A stretch of DNA of 64,000 nucleotides from Dicyema japonicum (Eukaryota > Animalia > Dicyemida), in the NCBI GenBank assembly GCA_011109175.1, contig RDEW01000013.1, positions 783,221 to 847,220 of the forward strand, given 5' to 3'. A program made the position numbers and the translations under genes. Shown one piece after another: positions 27,190-40,622 of the stretch; position 1 is the stretch's first letter; each line of letters begins with the position of its first letter. The notes under the pieces are model-generated. The model did no database searches. It was not told where the DNA came from and saw only the letters and a list, made by a program, of their open reading frames with translations.

Positions 27190-28325
27190 ATCTTTGGATC
27201 CACGTGTCTTTCTTCTTGCTCAAGAAATGTATTTCTATGTCTAAGATGATGTACATTTTGAGATGTTCACCATGTTTTGAACACCGGAGAGCACTATTGT
27301 CGGCTGATGGGATTTTGAGACGATTGGCGCAGTCAATACTGAATTTCAAATTTGATGATTTGGGCTGGACAATGTGCAAACTACCTGCGAGAAATGGGGG
27401 CATTGGGTTTGGATCCCCCTTGAGGCCGCCTTACCAGCCAACTTTTCATCCCTTGCGAGCTGCAGCCGCTTGGTCCAACCAGTTTTACGTAACGCAACCG
27501 GACATACCATGGACACGGAGCTTGATAGAGTTAGTAAGCTGTGGGAGACCTGGGCTTGGAATTCCCATCGAAATTTGCTTGCGAGAAGAGTTGGGACTCA
27601 ATTATATGTATGAGCACTCTGGAGGCCGCGAAGACAAGCGCCAACCAACACCGACTAGCATGCATTAAGTCGGTCGCACATCGCGGAAATGGAGTCTGGC
27701 TCGAGGTCCTACCGTGCCCACATCCGGGGACCCTTCTTGACGAAAACAGTCTGAGGATCGGGGTGGCACTGCGCCTAGGACTGGACATATGCCAGAGACA
27801 CAAATGCCGTTGATACGAAAGGCTTACATCTACTCTCTTGCCAACAAAGTGCTGGTCGAGCCCCACGTCACGCAACCCTCAATGACATCATTTTCGAGCT
27901 TTCAAAGCCACGGGATTTCTCGGCCAATTGGATCCTTTGGGCTTAGACAGAGGCGACGGGAAGAGGCCAGATGGCATGATGTTATTCTCATAGTCCCACG
28001 GAAAATCACTCGTATGGGACGCAACCTGTGTGGACAGCTTTCAGGGGCCGAATCGCTGACGGCGACGCACTCTCCTGGAAACGCAGCCGACCAGGCTGAG
28101 GCCAAGAAGATCCGCAAATACGAATCCCTTTGAGACCAATGCAATTTCACCCCCATTGCTGTGGAGACAACTGGAACCGTGTGAGCGAAGACGGACGCCT
28201 TTCTCTCCAGCATTGGAAGCAAACTCGCCTCAAAAGGTGTGAGCCACGGGAGAGGCTCTGGTTGAGGCAGAAACTCGAAATGGCGATTATCAGAGGAAAC
28301 GCCTTCGCCATTCTGTCGTCTTAGT
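27190..28325 (+). mobile_element. CRE-like non-LTR retrotransposon 3' portion
   Basis: YILRCSPC, LPARNGGIG, GVWLEVLP, GTLLDENSLRIGVALRLG, GDGKRPDG, WDATCVDS, AEAKKIRKY, WLRQKLEMAIIRGNA. Confidence 0.9.
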
Positions 28326-28478
28326 TATTTTCGAATAATTGTTTAATTAATATAAAATCCTCTCTTCCCCATAGTTAATAAATAATATTTTATTGTTAAT
28401 AAATTAAAAAAAATAAAAAAAAAATATAAAATTAAAAAAATTGACTTAAATCTAAATAAAATTACTACCAAGTGAATA

Positions 28479-29330
28479 CAGTCAACCCTCTCTATAGTGA
28501 ACAAAATGTCCACGTAAAAACACGATGTTCACTAATCTTCAATAGTGAACAAAAAAATAGAACATGGAATCAAAATAACAATATTGAAGTAATTACAAAG
28601 ATAAATTAGATACTTTTTTTCATGTAATCAGATTTGTTTGTGAATGATTAGTATGATAATTTCTAAAAATTTTTTGTATTTAGTAACTTTTTCTCTTCGT
28701 TCATGATCATTCTCAAGAAACCATAATTCGAGCGCCTTGGTATATTCATTAACTTAATATAGTGTCGGAAAATGAATTTTTTCATCTTTCCTCTTCCACT
28801 TAGTCATGCTGTTTTAGTTTTCTCGAAAAGTTATGTATGAAGTTTTCATCGACATTTGATTATTTTCATGAAATATTCATCATCTTTTTCTTCTATTTCT
28901 GTCAGGTTCTGTATTAAAAGCTTTCTTGAAACATTTGTAATTGTCAATTCTGATATTTCAACCCAAGCTTGATTTATGATTATCAGGCAATTCAATAAAG
29001 TGAATTTCTTCAACTTTTCCGTAACTTTTTTCGTGATCTACATTGGCATCAGTAGCACATACTCAAGTGTGCACATAGGAGTTAAAATTCTCAAGTCATC
29101 CATTTGATGCTTGAAATCCTTGAATATTACAAACTTTCGCCATTTTTATAAACATGGAGGTTAAAAGATATTCGTTGATTATAAATCCAAATGATCGTTT
29201 TTAACAAACCATTCAAATAGATTGAATGGTTGAGACTAGGGAAAGTACATTTCCTTTTTTTGATCATCTAGAATACTAAGTATTCCTTCAGAATTTTTGA
29301 AATTTTGTTTATGCAGCCAAAAGAAATATT
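28479..29330 (-). mobile_element. pogo/Tigger-like relic with one terminal inverted repeat
   Basis: TA|CAGTCAACCCTCTCTATAGTGAAC terminus at 28479. Minus-strand remnants GFQASNGWLENF and AWVEISE. Confidence 0.65.
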
Positions 29331-29695
29331 GAATTAAAGAGATAAATCACGCTGTGTGTAATGTCCATGTTTATGAAAAAATTACAATCACATAAGTCAA
29401 AAAATCATCTCCTAATACGACTTCCCGGACATTGCTGCTTAGAGTCACTCTAGTTCTTTTCATTCTATCCCTAGAATATTCCGAATTCTCCTCCGTCGTT
29501 TTTTTCCGTTGCTTCTCATTAGAATCGCTTCTTTTAGAAGATCGACCACATTTTTTAGTGGGCCTATCACGAGTCTCTACCTTTCCTAAGAGTCATCCCG
29601 ATTCTTAGACACAACCCTAATTTTACATTTACAGTGCTACGGGTGAACAAACTGTTCTTGCTTAATCTGAAAGTTGGAGTCACTTGGGATTATCG

Positions 29696-29744
29696 ATCGT
29701 TTATAGTTGGAACTACGACGAGATCTAATCGACTTCGATAGTCC

Positions 29745-29790
<46 letters not shown>

Positions 29791-30042
29791 TGTAGTTCGT
29801 CCTGCACCGGTCTACGAATTTCACCTCTAGCAGTACAATACGAATGCCACTGTCTGTCTCTGTTAATCATTAATTTGCTACTGTTAACCAATAGAAAAGT
29901 CTTTTTCTATTATTCCATGCTAAGATATTCAAGCAGAATGTTTGCATATGCACTCTATTTTATTCAGGTAAAGCCATAGACTAACTACAGCGATGGCAGA
30001 CTTGCATGTATTACACACTAGCAACTACGAGCTTTTCAACTG
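29696..30042 (-). rRNA. Isolated 18S rRNA fragment (V4 region and following conserved helices); not a functional gene
   Basis: The reverse complement contains AAAAGCTCGTAGTTG, AGCATGGAATAAT, AGAGGTGAAATTC, GCGAAAGCATTTGCCAAGGATGTTTTCATTAATCAAGAACGAAAGT and GTCGTAGTTCCAACTATAAACGAT. About 350 bp with no flanking rDNA. Confidence 0.93.
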
Positions 30043-32159
30043 TTAAATTAAAAATAATTTAAATTAAAAAATATTTAAATTAATTGGTAAGTTAATACAT
30101 TTAAGACCGAGGACCATTCCGTGACGGGGAGTTCGAAAAGTTTGGAGGACGCTTAAGAGAAGGCGAGGATCAGGATGGACTATGTGAGTTTACGTACGTC
30201 TTCCGGTCCTTGCATAAAAAAATTATCTCCTATAACTGGCAGGACTACAAACAATCAAACTTGATAATCTGCTAAAATTTAAATATCAAAAATCCGCTTT
30301 GGCTCACTGGCCGAAACGGGACTCGATCCTATCTAACAACTAGTGACCCTCAATTAGAAAAACTTGATATAATTTGGACGCAAATAGGGATATTACAGTT
30401 ATCGTCGATATCGTTCATTCATAATCTTCGTTTTGTGGTCAAAACGTTTAATGTATTCTTTGATTGAGCTTTCTTTGATAAATACCTTCAGAGGCTTCTG
30501 GATCTTTCTGTTAACATTGGAAACTGCAGTATCGAGTGAATTGAAATTTGCTAAGTTTGTCCACATATTGAGCAAAATATTTCCAATTAAAGTTTCTGTA
30601 GTCTAGGAAAGTGTTTCGTCTCCTTTCAGATATTTAATCAGAATGAAAAGGTCGTTCCGGAAGTCATAAATCACAGACCAGTTGAAAAGAGATGCAATGT
30701 TAGGGGCAACTCGATCCATTTATGTTGAGTTGAATGACGGAAAAAAACTTCGAAAGTCCCGAATTAGGTTTGATGTCTCCAGAGATGATTATAAGCGTTC
30801 TTAATAGGTCAGATTAGTATTACAAAGAGAGACGTCCAAGAATGACAATCTTCTTGGATTTGGGTGAGCAAAATGATCCTTTTTACTGTGTGACTAATTC
30901 CACAGTTGGCGCCACCAGAAACGGCGAACTACATGACGCGCGCTAAAATCATTAAAAATTCCAACTCGAGGTATTCTTACAAACCACCGACTTTCACTAA
31001 ACGTGTCCTTTTTTTTAAATTTTTTAAAACAAATTAATAATTTATTTTAAAATTTTCTAGTCAATCTCGTTGTGTGCATTCATGGTTCCGGGATAGGGAG
31101 TTTTTGACTTTTTCCCAACACTTCAAGTGAGCGATGCCACCATGTGAATGCAAGTTCACCGACAACCCTGTGAGTCAATCTGGTACAAGTTTTTTGATAA
31201 ATATGGTTAGGAGTTGGTTACTTAGATTTGCATGCGAATTAAGACATATAACGATCAAAATGAGATAAGTGCAACTCGAAATAAAGGAGACATTCATAGG
31301 TCGAAATGAACTACATAGATAGAGGAGAGGTATATACCAATCAAAATGAGATACAGATTTTGAAATGAGAATTAAAGAGACATGAACATATGAGGTACAT
31401 CGATTTAAAGTGATCGAAATGAAACGTAAAAATATTGGAATTGATGTGAGTCAATGAGAAAAATATTAAATGTAAAATAATCATCTCGGCCTTACAGACA
31501 GACGAAGATACTAAGGATACGAGCGGAAACCTTGTTTAATGAGGGGGATAAATTGGACGACCGTCGCCGCTGGATTCGAGAACTTCATTATCGGTCTGGG
31601 ATCTCTTAGTTAGTTAGAAACTCTCCGTTTCCTTTAACCCAGTTATCCTGGTGCAATAAATAAGTTTCTGCCTTAGAGAGGATTCTGTTCTTAATCAGCA
31701 CGGTTCTTAAGGATTTGATCTTTGTAGGATTAGGAAGTTTGCTCTCAAATGAGGTCCGACACAAAATTAAACGAGGTCCAGGAGAAATTATTAAGACCAC
31801 TAAGGATGATGTGTCTAAAGGAATAACAGCTGTGATCTTCCTTTGCTGATTTACTAGTTAAAGAGAGATCCAGTGAAGAGCCTAGGCCCTTTGAGGTAAG
31901 ACTCATGCTATGTAAACTGTGCTTATAAATTTCCATAATAAAAATTAAATAATTTGAGTTTATTAACATATGAACACCAAAAATCAGCTTATTCCATGAT
32001 TAAACGTTCCATATTATATAGGAACTCATTCTCTGTGGTTACTATGGTGACGTGCATAGTCGACCTTATTTTTGTATTAAATAACTATCAATTTAGATTA
32101 TAGATTAATGTCGCTGTGCTAATGATTGGCTTGTAACTACATCCCCTTTATCCGTCTAC

Positions 32160-32265
32160 CGACATTAGATCTTATTTACCTTAGATATCTCCCTCGGCTA
32201 GCATTAGATGTCTGCCTACCTTAGATATCTTCGTTGACTAACATTGGATCTTATCTATCTTTGAT
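32160..32265. repeat. Degenerate tandem repeat, about 39-bp unit, about 3 copies
   Basis: The motif CATTAGAT...TACCTTAGATATCT recurs. Confidence 0.6.
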
Positions 32266-32760
32266 AAGGGCTTAAATCAATAATGATAACCCGCACAATC
32301 AATACAAGCAAGCGTAATAAACACGTGCATTAATGTGGTATTCTAATCAAATTTCGAAAGTCTACGATAGACCTTGCTCAATTGTAGACATTAAGTCGAA
32401 GAAAATCTTATCCAAGGATGGATTCTTTCATTGACAGCCCATCAGAGACACTCTCATTGCCATAGAGACACACAACAAGAAAAATGGGTCACAAACTTGA
32501 TGAAAGATCCCTATTTTCATATATCTCACACACCCCTTGCTACCTCCCAACCAACCACTTATCTCTAAATTATCTTCACTTAAATATCTATATTAAATCA
32601 ATTGAGGATCTTCTCTGAACAAAAATATTCTTCTCTTCCTAGCAAAAATTGCCACTCCGATTGAGGTTGGTAAGAGTAGATTCATGATGCAACTCCACAA
32701 TTGAATAGAATTTGATCGATAAACATAAAAGTTAAAGACAATCGTAAGAGTTAAAAATCA

Positions 32761-33919
32761 CTATAAATTAATTTTACATTTATTCCGTCTTTCAAATTTA
32801 CTAAAAATATCGTAATTCCCCTCTGACTTGGGTTCATAAAAGGCATATAATCCAGCGGAGATGGTAATAACAAAAAATGCAATAATATGCAAGTAATGAA
32901 ACTACCAATACTTATAACGACTACTTTATAGTGGAGGTGAAAATAGCTGTACAAATGTGTAAAAATATCCGAGGACAGCAGTGAAATATTGAGGATCATA
33001 GCAGTGGTATATCTTAGCACAGCAGGAATGACCATGTAAATGACCAGCATGCATGTTGAATAAGCGACTAACACGCCAACTAGACAGATTATTTAAAAAA
33101 TAACTGATTTTTGGTGTGAATTCTACTAGGGAGAGTGTCTTGTGCTCCAGTATTGCTCTATGAGTAATTTGTTGTACAAAAACAGTTGCAGGGATGTTAG
33201 TAGAAACCAAATGTCCCGAAGAATGCAAGAAAGTCGATTGGGTTGATCGTCTTGACAAGGTACTCCTGAAGTACGTTGGAGAAACCGTAACTGATGAATC
33301 CAAAAAACCCGTAAACGAGTCCATTAATTGATTTAAATCCTGAAATATTAATTTTAAATTAATTTTAATTTTTAGTCTGGTTAACCACCTGAATATCCAT
33401 ACAATAAAATATCCCCACCGACAATGCAACTGGATCCTCCAATTATCAATATCACACATATAAAGTGAACAGGCCTATAGCGGACTTTTATCATGGCAAT
33501 AGAAACCACAAAGACAGTTACAATTATAAGGGAATCCATCAACTAACTTTACAAATTCACATTTACCTGGATATTTGTGATATTAGCGGTTTGATATGAT
33601 TTGACCACCAGAAAGTTCCCCTCCACGTCAGTAAGTGAGGCGGCAACCAAAACTAACCAATAATTTCTCAAATAAATAAAAAGAGACTTTAAAATATCCA
33701 CGAGGTTCGACAAACGATTTTTGAACAGGCAATATGAACAAGTAGAAACAGATGATAAAGTAAAAGAACACATTTTGTGCTGTAACATAAATATTAGGGA
33801 ATACTCAGTGGGACTACGAATGAATTTTCTAAGTACTGACTTGTAATGGAGGTACCGAATAAGGCCAAGGACACGAATTGACCTAAAAACAGACCTATTA
33901 ACGTTTTTTTCGTTATCAT
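32761..33919 (-). CDS. SLC35F1/F2-like solute carrier, multi-exon, with frameshifts (errors or decay)
   Basis: LGQFVSLAL, SLTDVEGNFLVVKSYQTANITNIQ, YGFSNVLQEYLVK, AMILNISLLSSDIF, YKFHYLHIIAF. Short introns plus one of about 49 nt. The 3' end is approximate. Confidence 0.82.
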
Positions 33920-34453
33920 ATAAATATTTTATTACATTTATTAATTTTTTGTAATAAAATTTAAATAAAATAAAATTATATTTTAATTTTAATATTCGTT
34001 GATCATAGTGTGATTTTGGTTCAATAAAATAAACAAATAATGTGATAATTTTTAATTTAATTTATTCAACTCCAAGACCACCAAGAAAGATAGGTCAAAA
34101 CTAACTAATTAGGTGATCCCAGCCTCTAACAACATCCGAACTCTCTTCGCTGGTCTTCTGATGACTCAACTGCATTCCGGAAGCACTTTCTCTTCCTTCT
34201 GCATAGGAATTCAATCGGCGTGCACTTTTTTATAATCGACCGAAATTCCTCTGCATGGGCCATTTTTTCCTTGAATGGGTTTCCCAGTTCCTTGCAAAAA
34301 TGTAGGAAGCCCTGGCCATTCTTCAACGTTGCCTCCTTAGAAACGAGGCCGTCAATGGAGATGTCAGTGTGGTGCATAATTTTCCGCCTGAGAAAGTTCA
34401 AACGATCAATTCTTGAAGAGGGAATGGCAAATCTCCAGGCGAAGCAGGCATAT

Positions 34454-34492
34454 TCTTCGTTGGTCCAGTGGTTAGGATGTCAGTCTCTCACG
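34454..34492 (+). tRNA. 5' half of a tRNA-Glu(CTC); 3' half absent
   Basis: TCTTCGT-TG-GTCCAGTGGTTAGGAT-G-TCAGT-CTCTCAC gives the acceptor strand, D arm/A-box and CTC anticodon loop. No T arm or B-box follows. Confidence 0.6.
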
Positions 34493-34910
34493 TAATAACA
34501 ATAAAGATTACAAGAATATTTTCACAAGATTCAAATTTGGCTAAATTATAACCGGCTTGATATATTTACTAAAAAATCGTTGTCCTTTTTACCTCAGACA
34601 AACGACTTGGACAAATGACAGTGGATATATTTATCAACCAGTCAAAAATACCTTCTACGAAGAAACTGAAAATCTTGGAGATCACCTTCGACACACACAT
34701 GTCCTTCTCATCTCATGTCGACGACATCTCTTGAAGCTGTTTAAGAAAACTAGGAATAATCCAATCTATTTTTGGTGGCATTAAAACCCCTTTCCAGCTT
34801 TGAAATTATTGTACAAAAAATTCATTGAGCCATCTGTCAGCTATGCCTTCATGTGGAATCAATCTGTCCTGGAGAACAAACAAAGAATCCGCGACATTCA
34901 GTCCTTAACG

Positions 34911-35723
34911 CAGAGCTTTTCAAAAAATAATTCTCGCGGCACACTAATCGTAAAAAAATAATCCACGGCACATATTAAAAAATAAAAAAATTAAATTTTT
35001 AAGATGTGTAAACTAAGTACAAAAATTGGTAATTTAATGCCCAAATTTTTATTAATAAAAAATGAATTCTTAATTATTATTGTTTATCTTCATTATTTTT
35101 TGTTCATATTTATGACTAAACATAGTCCGAGCAATAATACGACAAGCAGGGATTATCTAGTTTTCGCCAATAATGTGAGGTTTTAGTTGTTTTGCTATCA
35201 CTTCTGAGATCAGGTATGAACATTTCAATGATTCCTTTGTGTTTAAAAAAGTTTCACTGAACATCAGATCTACGATTCATAGTAAAAACTAAATAATACT
35301 TAAGTTGTTTTTTTCAAATGGATAAAATAATCCACAGATTTTTCGGAATAGTCCGAATGCTTGGAAGTAAAATGTCTCTTTAGTTTGCTAGAACCATAGC
35401 ATCACTTGCCAAAACTTCCATGCAAATTAGACATTGAGGTAGTTTATTTTTATCTTTGCATATAAATCCAAATGACAAATAAGAATCTTTATAAGAACGA
35501 CGAACTGATTTACCCATAAGCACGTTGATGCGCACGTTATTAAAAAATTAATAAATAATGGTTAACCAATGTAAATGTCATTTAATGTATAATAAAAAAA
35601 TAATTATTTTAATTTTAGTAATTATTTTAATTCGTTTATCTTTTTAAATTAATTAGGTCAAAAATGTATATAAAATTATTCAAATTTGTATTTGGCAGGC
35701 GGCACACCGTTTGACAACCTCTG
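34911..35723 (-). mobile_element. Non-autonomous hAT (Buster/Charlie-type) deletion derivative, inserted into a degraded LINE RT fragment (about 34560-34900)
   Basis: Exact 8-bp TSD CCTTAACG (34903-34910 and 35724-35731, central TA). Imperfect TIRs CAGAGCTTTTCAAA / CAGAGGTTGTCAAA. Minus-strand BED-finger start MGKSVRRSYKDSYLSFGF...PQCLICMEVLA. Confidence 0.92.
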
Positions 35724-37949
35724 CCTTAACGTGATCTTGAATCATGTGGTAAAAATGGGATTTTAGTTCATATAACATTCTTTGGTACTGTGAACACGTG
35801 TTTAATAATAATAGACCACACCTTAGTGTAATCATTACAATAAATCATTAATTCAAATTAGCCGCCTAGTTCCAACGTCATCCTGGTAAATGTGGCTACT
35901 TGATTAAGATTTTGTTGTTGTTATGTCCCTTCCCTTATCGATTAGAGCTGTGTCATGTAGACGACCTTTCTTAAGTGCCAAGGTGTAAATGGGTCAGTTT
36001 ATCTCTTACACTCTACTAGGAAGGTTCCCACAACTACAAAGAATGAACGTTTCCCCCATTTATTCTGGTTATGGAAGAGCATATATGACTTTGGAAGTAC
36101 TTTCTGTCATAATGTTAATTGGATACACTTAGTTAGCTGTTAATTGTTAACTTCTTTCTAGATGTATCCAGAGTTAATAGTTATCGTGTAGTATATCACA
36201 TCCGGGCTGATGAGTCAAACTTATAATTCCAAAACAAATGGTCCCCTATTTTCGGAGGATAAACTAAATTTTTAATTTTGTCTAAAAACACGTTCGACGA
36301 GTATGGGACAAAATGTCCTGGAATGGGTTAGGGTGAATTAGAGAATGGAATGGGGCAAAGATATGATTCTTTTGTGGAGGACCACAAAGTTCCTCGGAGT
36401 GCCCAAACAATATAAGATCTTGTATCAACTGTGGGTCTGATGATCACGAAATGGGTTATGATGGCTGTCTAATAGCCAGGGAAGTCGTGACCTCTATAGG
36501 AAGAGAAACTGGAGAAGAGGAGAAAATCCTCCTTCACCACGTTACCATGATACAAAGTCTAATGAAAACCAGCAGGACGTAATAATAAAAAATCGACCTC
36601 TAAACTATGATATTATGAACCCAACACAGAAAAAGCCTGAGGAGGCATCACGAGCTAGCTTCCCTGGCGAAGGCGAGGAAGCAGACATAATAAATGTCAA
36701 CGAAACGAAGATGTAGTCAGATGAGAATACGGTACTTCCGGGTTTCGAATCTATATTTTTATACTGGGATGAAGTGGCTGGGAGATCAATTTTCAATACT
36801 CTCATATATCTCACACAGATTTCCAATCTCCCAACAGATAACATAAGGAGAACAAATGCATTATATGTAGCTGTCTTGATAATACATTCGGTTCCTAAAC
36901 CATTTCTTCAATGCAATCATCCCCTGGAGTTCCTTCTTTGTACATAGTCTCTAGGCTTTTTGACTTTCCGCCAGCTTTCCTCATTTGGTTGAGCCATCTT
37001 TTTACTGTTGCATGGTCTATATTCCCCCATGTTCATTTTCATTGACCATTCGTTAAATATCTCAGACGCCGAGTCAGAGTTGTTGGATGCATTAATGTTC
37101 TAAGATCAGCATGTATCAGTGGCTCTACGTGTCAAAGCCTTGATCTAAGATCACCTAATGAAGGGAGGATTAGAGATAGGGAGTAACCTTTGAGTACCCC
37201 AACATTAGTCTCGAACTTCTGGGATCGTTCATGACCTGCACTAACCTCCACTTCAATAAGCATGACTAGTGTTTGAGTCAACCTGAGGCAGTTTTTTGTC
37301 CAAAAAAGTCTCGAGAGTATTTATTAGTATTCGTTTATTTAAGTGTTGAATGCACGGGAAAGGGTATTCTTGTATTTTTATGTTGTAGCTCAGCAAGCTC
37401 AAGGATGATCTCGGAAGCTCATAGACAGTTGGATTCCTGTATCTGGTTTGATGCTCTAACATTTTGTATATTTTTAAGCTCAAAGTAAAATCGGACGTTG
37501 ATTTTCTACAAATTTGCCTGGTTTCTCACAGTAATTAATATTTTTTAACCAAAGGCGAATTTGTCTCAGTTTTAATGCTTAAAAGTCTGCCATTAACAAA
37601 CTCCACAGAAATCAGCTTCGGTCGCTGATAAAAATCATGATCCCAAAAAAGATTAGTAACAAAGAGCTGTAAGGAATATTCAATTCACAGACGCTCAAAC
37701 TAATGCCCAAAAGGGAGTGGGAGCTATTTGGAGATATTCTAAAAATGGATCAAGCAGTTCTGGCAAACAATGCTATCAAAGCTTACTCGAGAGCAGTTGT
37801 GGATACCACGGACGTCCTCGCTACTCTCTCCCTAGACGTCAATGAAAAATCGCTTTCTCAAGAAAAGCGTGGAAGAATCTGACTTAGAAAATTGTCCACG
37901 GTGTTGCAGAAGTGACGAGGAGATAACTTTCAGCTAGTTTTCCTTAGAG

Positions 37950-38215
37950 CCATCGGGGCCGTAAGGATGGGAAGAGAGCGGACGAGATAACCATTTTCGG
38001 ATGGGAGATCTTTGACGTGACGTCAACACATTCACTACTTTTAAAAAATATTTCTGACCATTCTGACCGGCCGAATATCGACTTCGCTGAACAATGGAAA
38101 TTGAAAAGGTACTCAGCCCTCGGGATCACTTCCAGTTTGTTCCACTCGCTTTCGAAACTAGTGGAGAGTTAGAAAATTGGTAATAGAGTCATCAATGGAA
38201 TTTAGAATGCAATTG
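37950..38215 (+). mobile_element. CRE-like 3' fragment; RTE-like remnants also at about 36850-37260 (-) and 37500-37870 (+)
   Basis: GRKDGKRADEITIF, LKRYSAL, FVPLAFETSG. Confidence 0.6.
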
Positions 38216-38345
38216 CTCGTGATTCAGAGACCTTCATGAAATGAAATGGTTCTTTTAGCCACTTGAATTGCCATGGTCACTTTCTCTTGGTAGCTGGAGT
38301 ATTTGAGGACAATTTTATTATTATTATTGCCGCTAGGGATAAGTT

Positions 38346-39611
38346 ATCCCTCATTGCTTTAAACCGAATAAAGGAGAGGGTGAACATATTTCTTTCGGAC
38401 GGCCAAAGTGGATTCCGGACGGGCAGGTCCACGGCTGACGTGGTATGGGGGCACAGGTGGTATTGTGCCCTGTGCCAAAAATACAAAAAATCTATTGAGA
38501 TACTTGGTATCGACATGTCCCGTGCGTTCGACTCGGTGGACCGTGGAAAACTTATGGAAGTGTTGGAGAGTTTTCTACTGCCTGACGATGTCAAAATAAT
38601 ACACTTACTCATGCGGAACACTCAACTTGCCGTCAAAATTGGTGACTCTACCTCTAACTTTTTTTCGACCTCACGTGGAGTTCCACAGGGGGACTCACTA
38701 TCCCCGGTCCTCTTTATTGTCTACCTTGAGGCCGCACTAAGAGAGTTCAGACCCCTGGTTGGCAACAATTATAACGAGATAATCTACGCGGACGACCTGG
38801 ACTTTGTTTCTGAGGATATTCAAGTACTTCAACACATGCTTAACGTTCTTCCACACGTATTCTCGAAATGGTTCTTAACCGTTAACACCGATAAAACAGA
38901 GTTCACAACACTTACACGCAATGATCGAAGATCGGACGAGTCTTGGAGAAAGCAAAAGAAGGTGGGTTCGCTTCTCGGGGACTCAGAAGATGTTTCTCGG
39001 AGGAAAATCCTCGCAATGTGTGCACTAAAGAAAGTATCGAATATGTGGGGTCATAAGAAGAGGATGGGATTAAACACCAAACTCAGAATATATAAGGCTT
39101 TTGTCATCCCCGTCCTGACCTACAATTCAGGCACTTGGGGAATCTCTAAACAAGAGATGGACCGTCTTGACGCTTTCCAAGGACACAATTGAAATCAGTA
39201 ATCAAGATCAAGTGGCCTAAGAAGATCTCAAACAATGACCTCTACTCGAAGTGCAAATCTGGTATACTATCCGAGGAGATCTTCAGATCAAGATGGAGTC
39301 TCTTTGGACATATCTTACGTCTAAATGCTCAAGTACCCGCGAATATCGCCATGGAAAACTACCTAATGCATACGGGAGCCGGTTTCCGTGGAAGACCAAG
39401 AGTCACACTCCCAACTATTTTGAATGGAGACCTGTCGGCTGTGGGACTGAAGCTCACTTCCGCAGACGACCTAGATACCTTAAGGGAACTGGCACGAAGT
39501 AGAGGGTCCTGGAAAAGGCTGATAGAGAGGATGGCTAGAAATACGGCACAAGGGAGGCTTGATTAATTTTATGACTTCTCGGGAGTGCTTTAAATAATAA
39601 TAATAATATAA
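38346..39611 (+). mobile_element. Young 5'-truncated RTE-like LINE (RT plus C-terminus), one frameshift
   Basis: QSGFRTGRSTAD, IDMSRAFDSV, GVPQGDSLSP, YADD, RWSLFGHILR, RGRPR. Has a (TAA)n tail and a 12-bp TSD TAGGGATAAGTT at 38334-38345 and 39612-39623. Confidence 0.93.
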
Positions 39612-40622
39612 TAGGGATAAGTTTCCTTAAGTGGTGGTTTATTCACACTTCACGCTGTCTTTCATCCACGTGTTATTTGTATGCATTTAAATTCCAGTTC
39701 ACTCTGTTTACTACAGATATGAGGTAAAGGGGTGAACGTTAGTTATTTCTTTGAGATAAACACTTTTGACATCATGCGTCTTCTCCCATCAAAAGAAAAA
39801 GGATCAATTGACACTCCCCTTTCAGAGGAGTCGACCAGAAGAAATAGCCAAGGTTACCGGCGTTCCTGGAATCCGAATCAATTTTAAAGATTTGTTCTCA
39901 AGAAATTCGAGGAGACACTGGGATCGTTGAGAGACCACTCAAGGAGGCTGTGGGAATTACTAGAATCTGAAAATTTTAATTAGTTGGCTTCGAAAGTTAG
40001 TGAGATGATTACTGTCTATAATGACATCCTCTGAGTAGTCAGATTACGAACCTACGAGTTGATTCATTGAAACTTACGTCCTCTAGATGCAATCAAACAC
40101 TCTCAGCAAAACTTACTTGTCGGTGTCTCCAGCAAATGTGGTATTCTTATCGCTGACATGTCTAAACAATCAAACGGGCACATAACTGAATAGTTTATCA
40201 CCGCCCATTAGGATTTAACCGTTTCCTGTAAGAGTTAATAGCCATTATTAAATTTCTTGACAATAGAGAGTCTTAAGAATTTTTTGTCTCATTGACAAAT
40301 CACAAAATTAGTACTCATCTTGGGGAGTTAACTGGTAATTAATTTTTATCACTTCTCTCCATGTCATAATCAATCTTTTACTATCACTTCCAATGTGATA
40401 TCTTCACAAAAAACGTATTTACACAAATTGGCTGGAGGCTTTATCAGACGCTCTTATTCCATCACTGGTTTTCTCCGATGTAACTTATTGGATGTCCTTT
40501 CTTGCTTCCTTAGATTAAATTAAATTAATTTATTTTTTAATTATATTTAATTTTAAAATTTAATATTTTTAGAAAGTCAACCCAAACTGTTAATAAATTC
40601 TGTCAAATTTGAAACATCGAAA

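Noticed and set aside
29637-29979. ORFs at 29637-29891 and 29707-29979
   Set aside because: They overlap the 18S rRNA fragment and are spurious translations.
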